From Eledone cirrhosa (lineage: Eukaryota), in NCBI GenBank assembly GCA_964016885.1, contig OZ024740.1, positions 438,898,001 through 438,962,000 on the forward strand: a stretch of 64,000 nt of DNA, in the 5' to 3' direction. The translations under genes and the position numbers were made by a program. The stretch's first letter is position 1, and the number at the start of each line of letters is the position of its first letter. A model generated the notes under the pieces. That model saw only the letters and a list, made by a program, of their open reading frames with translations. It did not search any database and had not been told where the DNA came from. Shown here in pieces: positions 1 through 13,200 of this stretch.

Positions 1-869
1 CTGTACATAGACTGTACGGTATGGTACACTTCACAACTCTACATAGACTGTATGGTAAGGTACACTTCACAATTTTACATAGATTGTACCGTATGGTACA
101 CTTCATAACTGTACATAGACTGTATGATAAGGTACACTTCACAACTGTACATAGACTGTATGGTATGGTACACTTCACAACTGAACATAGACTGTACGGT
201 GTGGTACACTTCACAACAGTACATAGACTGTATGGTATGGTACACTTCACAACTATACATATACTGTATGGTATGGTACACTTCACAACTGTACATAGAC
301 TGTATGGTATGGTACACCTCACAACTGTACATAGACTGTACGGTATGGTACACTTCACATCTGTACATAGACTGTATGGTATGGTACACTTCGCAACTGT
401 ACATAGAGTGTACGGTGTGGTATGGTACACTTCACAAATGTACATAGACTGTATGATATGGACACTCTCCAAATGTACATAGACTGTACGGTATGGTACA
501 CTTCAGAACTGTAAAAAGACAGTATGTATGGTACACTTCACAATTGTACATAGACAGTACGGTATGATATATTTCACAACTGTACAAAGACAGTATGGTA
601 TGGTACACTTCACAACTGTGCATAGACTGTACGGTATGGTACACTTCACAACTGTACATAGAGAGTATGGTATGGTACACTTCACAACTGTACATAGATT
701 GTATGGTATGATACACTTCACAATTGTACATAGACTGTACGGTATGGTACACTTCACATCTGTACATAGACTGTACGCTATGGTACACTTCACAACTGTA
801 CATAGACAGTATGGTATGGTACACTTCACAACTGTACAGAGACTGTACGGTATGGTACACTTCACAACT
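1..869. repeat. Block duplicated at 7073-7941 (offset 7,072 bp); left end cut by the window
   Basis: Identical ORF pairs 75..404/7147..7476 and 124..447/7196..7519. The sequences diverge at about 870/7942. Confidence 0.9.
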
Positions 870-3345
870 GTACATAGACTGTATGGTATGGTACATTTCA
901 CAACTGTACATAGACTGTACGGTGTGGTACACTTCACAACTGTGCATAGATTGTATGGTATGGTACACTTCACAACTGTACATAGACAGTATGGTATGGT
1001 ACACTTCACAACTGTACATAGACTGTATGGTATGGTACACTTCACAACAGTACATAGACAGTACAGTGTACAACACTTCACAACTGTACATAGACAGTAC
1101 GGTATTGTACACTTCACAACTGTTCATAGACTGTATGGTATGGTATGGTGCTCTTTTCAACTGTACAATGACTGTATGGTATTGTACACTTCACAAATGT
1201 ACTAAGACAGTACGGTATTGTACACTTCACCACTGTACATAGACTGTATGGTATGGTATGGTACATTTCACAACTGTACATAGACTGTATGGTATGGTAC
1301 ACTTCACAACTATACATAGACAGTACGGTGTGGTACACTTCACAACTGTACATAGACAGTATGGTATGGTACACTTCACAACTGTAATTAGAGAGTACGG
1401 TGTGGTTCACTTCACAAGTGTACATATACTGTAAGGTATGGTACACTTGACAATTGTACATAGACAGTATGGTCTGGTACTCTTCACATCTGTACATAGA
1501 CAGTATGGTATGGTACACTTCACAACTGTACATAGACTGTATGATATGGTACACTTCCCAGCTGTACATAGACAGTATGGTATGATACACTTCGCAACTG
1601 TACATAGACAGTATGGTATGGTACACTTCACAACTGTGCAAAGACAGTATGGTATGGTACTCTTCACAACTGTACATAGACAGTACGGTATGGCACACTT
1701 TGCAACTGTACATAGACAGTATTGTATGGTACACTTCACAACTGTACATAGACTGTATGGTATGGTACACTTCACAGCTGTACATAGACTCTAAGGTATG
1801 GTACACTTCACAACTGTACATAGACTGTATGGTATGCTACACTTCACAACTGTACATAAACAGTATGGTATGGTACACTTCACAAATGTACATAGACTGT
1901 ATGGTATGGTATACTTCACAATTGTACATAGACTGTATGGTATGGCACACTTCACAACTGTACATAGACTGTATGGTATGGTACATTTCACAACTGTACA
2001 TAGACTGTACGGTGTGGTACACTTCACAACTGTGCATAGATTGTATGGTATGGTACACTTCACAACTGTACATAGACAGTATGGTATGGTACACTTCACA
2101 ACTCTACATAGACTGTATGATATGGTACACTTCACAACAGTACATAGACAGTACAGTGTCCAACACTTCACAACTGTACATAGACAGTACGGTATTGTAC
2201 ACTTCACAACTGTTCATAGACTGTATGGTATGGTATGGTGCTCTTTTAAACTGTACAATGACTGTATGGTATTGTACACTTCACAACTGTACTAAGACAG
2301 TACGGTATTGTACACTTCACCACTGTACATAGACTGTATGGTATGGTATGGTACATTTCACAACTGTACATAGACTGTATGGTATGGTACACTACACAAC
2401 TATACATAGACAGTACGGTGTGGTACACTTCACAACTGTACATAGACAGTATGGTATGGTACACTTCACAACTGTAATTAGAGAGTACGGTGTGGTTCAC
2501 TTCACAAGTGTACATAGACTGTACGGTATGGTACACTTCACAACTGTACATAGACTGTATGGTATGGTACACTTCACAACTGTACAGAGATAGTATGGTA
2601 TGGTACACTTCACAACTGTACATATACTGTAAGGTATGGTACACTTGACAATTGTACATAGACAGTATGGTCTGGTATACTTCACAATTGTACATAGACT
2701 GTATGATATGGCACACTTCACAACTGTACATAGACTGTATGGTATGGTACATTTCACAACTGTACATAGACTGTACGGTGTGGTACACTTCACAACTGTA
2801 CATAGACTATATGATATGGTACACTTCACAGCTGTACATAGACAGTATGGTATGATACACTTCGCAACTGTACATAGACAGTATGGTATGGTACACTTCA
2901 CAACTGTGCAAAGACAGTATGGTATGGTACTCTTCACAACTGTACATAGACAGTACGGTATGGCACACTTCGCAACTGTACATAGACAGTATTGTATGGT
3001 ACACTTCACAACTGTACATAGACTGTATGGTATGGTACACTTCACAGCTGTACATAGACTCTAAGGTATGGTACACTTCACAACTGTACATAGACTGTAT
3101 GGTATGCTACACTTCACAACTGTACATAAACAGTATGGTATGGTACACTTCACAAATGTACATAGACTGTATGGTATGGTATACTTCACAATTGTACATA
3201 GACTGTATGGTATGGTACACTTGACAACTGTACATAGACTGTATGGTATGGTACACTTCACAATTGTACATAGGCTGTATGGTATGGTACAATTCACAAA
3301 CGTACATAGCCTGTACGCTATGGTACACTTCACAACTGTACATAG
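840..3345. repeat. About 2.5-kb block repeated at +10,725 (about 11565-14070) and +14,533 (about 15373-17880)
   Basis: Identical ORFs 1114..1821 = 11839..12546 = 15647..16354 and 2883..3224 = 13608..13949 = 17416..17757. Confidence 0.9.
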
Positions 3346-6300
3346 ACTATACGGTATGGTACACTTCACAACTGTACATAGACTGTATGGCATGGTACAC
3401 TTTCTAACTGTACATAGACTGTACGGTATGGTACACTTCGCAACTGTACATAGACTGTATGATATGGACACTTCCTAAATGTACATAGACTGTATGGTAA
3501 GGTACACTTCACAACTGTACATAGACTGTACGGTATGGTACACTTCATAACTGTACATAGACTGTGTGGTATGGTACACTCCTCCACTGTACATAAACAA
3601 TACGGTATGGTACACTTCACAAATGTACATAGACTGTATGGTATGGTACACTTCACAACTGTACATAGACTGTACGGTTTGGTACACTTTACAACTGTAC
3701 ATAGACTGTATGGTATGGTACACTTTACAACTGTACATAGACAGTATGGTATGGTACACTTCGCAACTGTACATAGACAGTACGGTAATGTACACTTCAC
3801 AACTGTACATAGACTGTACAGTGTGGAACACTTCACAACTGTACATAGACAGTACGGTATTGTACACTTCACAACTGTTCATGGACTGTATGGTGTGGTA
3901 TGGTATGGTGCTCTTTACAACTGTACAATGACTGTATGGTATGGTACACTTCACAACTGTACTAAGACAGTACGGTATTGTACACTTCACAACTATAAAT
4001 AGACTGTATGGTATGGTATGGTACACTTCACAACTGTACATAGACTGTACGGTATGGTACACTTCACAACTGTACATAGGCAGTATGGTATAGTACACTT
4101 CACAACTATAAATAGACTGTATGGTATGGTACACTTCACCACTGTACGTAAACTGTACGGTATGGTACACTTCGCAATTGTACATAGACTGTACGGTGTA
4201 GTATGGTACACTTCACAAATGTACATAGACTGTATGATATGGACACTTTCCAAATGTACATAGACTGTACGCTATGGTACACTTCACAACTCTACATAGA
4301 CTGTATGGTAAGGTACACTTCACAACTGTACATAGACTGTACGGTGTGTTACACTTCATAACTGTACATAGACTGTATGGTATCGTACACTCCACAACTG
4401 TACATAAACAGTAAGGTATAGTACACTTGACAAATGTACATAGACTGTATGGTATGGTATACTTCACAATTGTACATAGACTGTATGGTATGGTACACTT
4501 CACAACTGTACATAGACTGTACGGTATGGTACACTTCACAACTGTACATAGACTGTATGGTATGGTACACTTCACAACTGTACATAGACTGTATGGTGTG
4601 GTACACTTCACAATTATACATAGACTGTATGGTATGGTACACTTCACAATTGTACATAGACAGTATGGTATTGTACATTTCACAACTGTACGTATACTGT
4701 ATGGTATGGTATACTTCACAACAGTACATAGACAGTATGGTATGGTACACTTCGCAACTGTACATAGACAGTACGGTATGGTACACTTCACAACTGTACA
4801 TAGACAGTACGGTGTGGTACACTTCACAACTGTACATAGAGAGTATGGTACGGAATGGTACACTTCAAAACAGTACAGAGACAGTACGGTATGGTACACT
4901 TCCCAACTGTACATAGATTGTATGGTATGGTACACTTCCCAACTGTACATAAACTGTATGGTATGGTATACATCACAACTGTACATATACAGTATGGTAT
5001 GGTACACTTCACAACTGTACATAGACTGTACGGTTTGGTACAGTTCACAACTGTACATAGACTGTATGGTATGGTACACTTCACAACTGTACATAGACAG
5101 TATGGTGTGGTACACTTCACAACTGTACATAGACAGTAAGGTATTGTACACTTCACAACTGTACATATACTGTATGGTATGGTATGGTACACTTCACAAC
5201 TGTACATATAGTGTGCGGTGTAGTAGACTATACAACTGTACATAGACAGTATGGTATTGTACACTTCACAACTGTACATAGACTGTATGGTACACTTCAC
5301 AACTGTACACAGAGTGTACGGTATGGTACACTTCACAACTGTACATAGACTGTATGGTATGGTACACTTCACAACTCTACATAGACTGTACGGTATTGTA
5401 CACTTCACAACCGTACATAGACTGTATGGTATGGTACACTTCCCAACTGTACATAGAGTGTATGGTATGGTACACTTCGCAACTGTACATAGACTGTACG
5501 GTGTTGTATGGTACACTTCACAAATGTACATATAGAGTATCGTATGATACACTTCACAACTGTACATATACTGTATGGTATGGTGGTACACTTCACAACT
5601 GTACATAGACTGTACTGTATGATACATTTCACAACTGTACGAAGACAGTATGGTATGTTACACTTCACAACTGTACATAGACTGTACTGTATGATACATT
5701 TCACAACTGTAAAAAGACAGTATGGTATGGTACACTTCACAACTGTACATAGACTGTACAGTATGGTACACTTCACAACTGTACATAGAGAGTATGGTAT
5801 GGTACACTTCACAAATGTTCATAGACTGTATGGTATGGTAGACTTCACAATTGTACATACACTGTATGGTATGGTACACTTCACAACTGTACATAGACTG
5901 TACGCTGTGGTACAGTTCACAACTGTACATAGACAGTATGGTATGGTACACTTCACAACTGTACATAGACTGTAGGGTATGGTACACTTCACAACTGTAC
6001 ATAGGCAGTCTGGTATAGTACACTTCACAACAGTACATATACTGTAAGGTATGGTACACTTCACAACTCTACATAGACTGTACGGTGTGGTATGGTACAC
6101 TTCACAAATGTACATAGACTGTATGATATGGACACTTCCCAAATGTACATAGACTGTACGGTTTGGTACACTTCGCAACTCTATATAGACTGTATGGCAA
6201 GGTACACTACACAACTGTACATAGACTGTACGATATTGTACACTTCATAACTCTACATAGATTGTATGGTATGGTACACTTCACATATCTACATAGACTG

Positions 6301-8309
6301 TATGGTATGGTATACTTCACAATTGTACATAGACTGTATGGTATAGTACAGTTCACAACTGTTCATAGACTGTATGGTATGGTACACTTCACAACTGTAC
6401 ATAGACTGTATGGTATAGTACACTTCACAATTGTACATAGACAGTATGGTACACTTCACAAGTGTACACAGACTGTACGGTATGGTACACTTCACAACTG
6501 TACATAGATAGTACGGTGTGGTACATTTCACAACTGTACATATAGTGTACGGTATGGTACACTTCACATCTGTACATAGACAGTATGGTATGGTACACTA
6601 ACAACTGTACGTAGACTGTATGGTATGGTACACTTCACAACTATACATAGACTGTACGGTGTGGTACACTTCAGAACTGTACATAGACTGTATGGTATGG
6701 TACACTTCACAACTGTACATAGACAGTATGGTATGGTACACTTCACAACTGTACATAGACTGTATGGTATTGTACACTTCACAACAGTACATAGACAGTA
6801 TGGTATGGTACACTTCGGAACTGTACATAGACAGTACGGTATGGTACACTTCACAACTGTACATAGACAGTACGGTATTGTACACTTCACAACTGTTCAT
6901 AGACAGTATGGTATGGTACACTTCGCAACTGTACATAGACTGTACGGTGTGGTACACTTCACAATTGTACATAGACTGTATGGTATGGTACACTTCACAA
7001 CTGTACATAGACTATATGGTATGGTACACTTCACGACTGTACATAGACAGTATGGTATGGTACACATCGCAACTGTACATAGACTGTACGGTATGGTACA
7101 CTTCACAACTCTACATAGACTGTATGGTAAGGTACACTTCACAATTTTACATAGATTGTACCGTATGGTACACTTCATAACTGTACATAGACTGTATGAT
7201 AAGGTACACTTCACAACTGTACATAGACTGTATGGTATGGTACACTTCACAACTGAACATAGACTGTACGGTGTGGTACACTTCACAACAGTACATAGAC
7301 TGTATGGTATGGTACACTTCACAACTATACATATACTGTATGGTATGGTACACTTCACAACTGTACATAGACTGTATGGTATGGTACACCTCACAACTGT
7401 ACATAGACTGTACGGTATGGTACACTTCACATCTGTACATAGACTGTATGGTATGGTACACTTCGCAACTGTACATAGAGTGTACGGTGTGGTATGGTAC
7501 ACTTCACAAATGTACATAGACTGTATGATATGGACACTCTCCAAATGTACATAGACTGTACGGTATGGTACACTTCAGAACTGTAAAAAGACAGTATGTA
7601 TGGTACACTTCACAATTGTACATAGACAGTACGGTATGATATATTTCACAACTGTACAAAGACAGTATGGTATGGTACACTTCACAACTGTGCATAGACT
7701 GTACGGTATGGTACACTTCACAACTGTACATAGAGAGTATGGTATGGTACACTTCACAACTGTACATAGATTGTATGGTATGATACACTTCACAATTGTA
7801 CATAGACTGTACGGTATGGTACACTTCACATCTGTACATAGACTGTACGCTATGGTACACTTCACAACTGTACATAGACAGTATGGTATGGTACACTTCA
7901 CAACTGTACAGAGACTGTACGGTATGGTACACTTCACAACTATACATAGTCAATCTGGTATAGTACACTTCTCAATTGTACATAGACTGTAATGTATGGT
8001 ACACTTCGCAACTGTACATAGACTGTATGGTATGGTACACTTCACAACTGTACATAGACTGTATGGCATGGTACACTTCACAACAGTACATAGACAGTAT
8101 GGTACACTTCGCAAATGTACATAGACAGTACGGTATGGTACACTTCCCAACTGTACATAGACAGTACGGTATTGTACACTTCAGAACTGTTCATAGACTG
8201 TAAGGTATGGTATGGTGCTCTTTACAACTGTACAATGACTGTATGGTATGGTACAATTCACAACTGTACATAGACAGTATGGTATGGTACACATCACAAC
8301 TGTACATAG

Positions 8310-9070
8310 ACTGTACGGTATGGTACACTTCACAACTGTACATAGACAGTATGGTATAGTACACTTCACAACTGTACATAGACTGTACGGTATGGTACAC
8401 TTCACAACTGTACATAGACTGTATGGTATGGTACACTTGCTAACTGTACATAGACTGTACGGTATGGTACACTTCACAACTGTACATAGACTGTACGGTG
8501 TGGTATGGTACACTTCACAACTGTACGGTGTGGTATGGTACACTTCACAACTGTACATAGACTGTACGATATGGTACACTTCACAACTGTACATAGACAA
8601 TATGGTATGATACACTTCGCAACTGTACATAGACAGTATGGTATGGTACACTTCACAACTGTACATAGACAGTATGGTATGGTACTCTTCACAACTGTAC
8701 ATAGACAGTACGGTATGGCACACTTCGCAACTGTACATAAACAGTATGGTATGGTACACTTCACAACTGTGCATAGACAGTATGGTATGATACACTTCAC
8801 AACTGAACATAGACAGTATGGTATGGTACACTTCACAACTGTACATAGACAGTATGGTATGGTACAGTTCACAACTGTACATAGACTGTAAGGTATGGTA
8901 CACTTCAGAACTGTACATAGACTGTATGGTATGGTACACTTGAGAGCTGTACATAGACTCTAAGGTATGGTACACTTCACAACTGTACATAGACTGTATG
9001 GTATGCTACACTTCACAACTGTACATATACTGTACGGTATGGTACACTTCACAACTGTACATAGAGAGTA
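8310..9070. repeat. Block repeated at about +2,466 and +6,274, carrying the 30-bp deletion monomer
   Basis: ORF 8505..8891 is nearly identical to 10971..11357, and the shared aactgtacggtgtgg junction is at about 8521, 10987 and 14795. Confidence 0.8.
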
Positions 9071-9615
9071 TGGTATGGTACACTTCACAACTGTACATAG
9101 AGAGTATGGTATGGTACACATCACAACTGTACATAGAATGTACGGTATGGTACACTTCACAACTCTACATAGACTGTATGGTATGGTACACTTCATAACT
9201 GTACATAGACTGTATGGTATGGCACACTTCACAACTGTACATAGACTGTATGGTATGGTACATTTCACAACTGTACATAGACTGTACGGTGTGGTACACT
9301 TCACAACTGTGCATAGATTGTATAGTATGGTACACTTCACAACTGTACATAGACAGTATGGTATGGTACACTTCACAACTGTACATAGACTGTATGGTAT
9401 GGTACACTTCACAACAGTACATAGACAGTACAGTGTCCAACACTTCACAACTGTACATAGACAGTACGGTATTGTACACTTCACAACTGTTCATAGACTG
9501 TATGGTATGGTATGGTGCTCTTTTCAACTGTACAATGCCTGTATGGTATGGTACACTTCACAACTGTACTAAGACAGTACGGTATTGTACACTTCACCAC
9601 TGTACATAGACTGTA
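8875..9615. repeat. Block repeated at +11,162 (about 20040-20775)
   Basis: Near-identical ORFs 8960..9484/20122..20646, 8967..9572/20129..20734 and 8998..9198/20160..20360. Confidence 0.85.
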
Positions 9616-10236
9616 TGGTATGGTATGGTACATTTCACAACTGTACATAGACAGTATGGTATGGTACACTTCACAACTGTAATTAGAGAGTACGGTGTGG
9701 TTCACTTCACAAGTGTACATAGACTGTACGGTATGGTACACTTCACAACTGTACATAGACTGTATGGTATGGTACACTTCACAACTGTACAGAGACAGTA
9801 TGGTATGGTACACTTCACAACTGTACATATACTGTAAGGTATGGTACACTTGACAATTGTACATAGACAGTATGGTCTGGTAATCTTCACATCTGTACAT
9901 AGACAGTATGGTATGGTACACTTCACAACTGTCCATAGACAGTATCGTATGGTACACTTCACAACTGTACATAGACTGTACGATATGGTACACTTCACAG
10001 CTGTACATAGACAGTATGGTATGATACACATCGCAACTGTACATAGACAGTATGGTATGGTACACTTCACAACTGTGCAAAGACAATATGGTATGGTACT
10101 CTTCACAACTGTACATAGACAGTACGGTATGGCACACTTCGCAACTGTACATAGACAGTATTGTATGGTACACTTCACAACTGTACATAGACTGTATGGT
10201 ATGGTACACTTCACAGCTGTACATAGACTCTAAGGT

Positions 10237-13200
10237 ATGGTACACTTCACAACTGTACATAGACTGTATGGTATGCTACACTTCACAACTGTACATAAAC
10301 AGTATGGTATGGTACACTTCACAAATGTACATAGACTGTATGGTATGGTATACTTCACAATTGTACATAGACTGTATGGTATGGTACACTTGACAACTGT
10401 ACATAGAGTGTATGGTATGGTACACTTCACAATTGTACATAGACTGTATGGTATGGTACAATTCACAAACGTACATAGCCTGTACGCTATGGTACACTTC
10501 ACAACTGTACATAGACTGTATGGTATGGTATGGTACACTTCCTAACTGTACATAGATTGTACGGTATGGTACACTTCGCAACTGTACATAGACTGTACGG
10601 TGTGGTATGGTACACTTCACAAATGTACATAGACTGTATGATATGGACACTTCCTAAATGTACATAGACTGTATGGTAAGGTACACTTCACAACTGTACA
10701 TAGACGGTACGGTATGGTACACTTCATAACTGTACATAGACTGTACGGTATGGTACACTTCACAACTGTACATAGACAGTATGGTATAGTACACTTCACA
10801 ACTGTACATAGACTGTACGGTATGGTACACTTCACAACTGTACATAGACTGTATGGTATGGTACACTTCACAACTGTACATAGACTGTATGGTATGGCAC
10901 ACTTGCTAACTGTACATAAACTGTACGGTATGGTACACTTCGCAACTGTACATAGACTGTACGGTGTGGTATGGTACACTTCACAACTGTACGGTGTGGT
11001 ATGGTACACTTCACAACTGTACATAGACTGTACGATATGGTACACTTCACAACTGTACATAGACAATATGGTATGATACACTTCGCAACTGTACATAGAC
11101 AGTATGGTATGGTACACTTCACAACTGTACATAGACAGTATGGTATGGTACTCTTCACAACTGTACATAGACAGTACGGTATGGCACACTTCGCAACTGT
11201 ACATAAACAGTATGGTATGGTACACTTCACAACTGTGCATAGACAGTATGGTATGATACACTTCACAACTGTACATAGACAGTATGGTATGGTACACTTC
11301 ACAACTGTACATAGACAGTATGGTATGGTACAGTTCACAACTGTACATATACTGTAAGGTATGGTACACTTCAGAACTGTACATAGACTGTATGGTATGG
11401 TACACTTGAGAGCTGTACATAGACTCTAAGGTATGGTACACTTCACAACTGTACATAGACTGTATGGTATGCTACACTTCACAACTGTACATATACTGTA
11501 CGGTATGGTACACTTCACAACTGTACATAGAGAGTATGGTATGGTACACATCACAACTGTACATAGAATGTACGGTATGGTACACTTCACAACTGTACAT
11601 AGACTGTATGGTATGGTACATTTCACAACTGTACATAGACTGTACGGTGTGGTACACTTCACAACTGTGCATAGATTGTATGGTATGGTACACTTCACAA
11701 CTGTACATAGACAGTATGGTATGGTACACTTCACAACTGTACATAGACTGTATGGTATGGTACACTTCACAACAGTACATAGACAGTACAGTGTACAACA
11801 CTTCACAACTGTACATAGACAGTACGGTATTGTACACTTCACAACTGTTCATAGACTGTATGGTATGGTATGGTGCTCTTTTCAACTGTACAATGACTGT
11901 ATGGTATTGTACACTTCACAAATGTACTAAGACAGTACGGTATTGTACACTTCACCACTGTACATAGACTGTATGGTATGGTATGGTACATTTCACAACT
12001 GTACATAGACTGTATGGTATGGTACACTTCACAACTATACATAGACAGTACGGTGTGGTACACTTCACAACTGTACATAGACAGTATGGTATGGTACACT
12101 TCACAACTGTAATTAGAGAGTACGGTGTGGTTCACTTCACAAGTGTACATATACTGTAAGGTATGGTACACTTGACAATTGTACATAGACAGTATGGTCT
12201 GGTACTCTTCACATCTGTACATAGACAGTATGGTATGGTACACTTCACAACTGTACATAGACTGTATGATATGGTACACTTCCCAGCTGTACATAGACAG
12301 TATGGTATGATACACTTCGCAACTGTACATAGACAGTATGGTATGGTACACTTCACAACTGTGCAAAGACAGTATGGTATGGTACTCTTCACAACTGTAC
12401 ATAGACAGTACGGTATGGCACACTTTGCAACTGTACATAGACAGTATTGTATGGTACACTTCACAACTGTACATAGACTGTATGGTATGGTACACTTCAC
12501 AGCTGTACATAGACTCTAAGGTATGGTACACTTCACAACTGTACATAGACTGTATGGTATGCTACACTTCACAACTGTACATAAACAGTATGGTATGGTA
12601 CACTTCACAAATGTACATAGACTGTATGGTATGGTATACTTCACAATTGTACATAGACTGTATGGTATGGCACACTTCACAACTGTACATAGACTGTATG
12701 GTATGGTACATTTCACAACTGTACATAGACTGTACGGTGTGGTACACTTCACAACTGTGCATAGATTGTATGGTATGGTACACTTCACAACTGTACATAG
12801 ACAGTATGGTATGGTACACTTCACAACTCTACATAGACTGTATGGTATGGTACACTTCACAACAGTACATAGACAGTACAGTGTCCAACACTTCACAACT
12901 GTACATAGACAGTACGGTATTGTACACTTCACAACTGTTCATAGACTGTATGGTATGGTATGGTGCTCTTTTAAACTGTACAATGACTGTATGGTATTGT
13001 ACACTTCACAACTGTACTAAGACAGTACGGTATTGTACACTTCACCACTGTACATAGACTGTATGGTATGGTATGGTACATTTCACAACTGTACATAGAC
13101 TGTATGGTATGGTACACTACACAACTATACATAGACAGTACGGTGTGGTACACTTCACAACTGTACATAGACAGTATGGTATGGTACACTTCACAACTGT

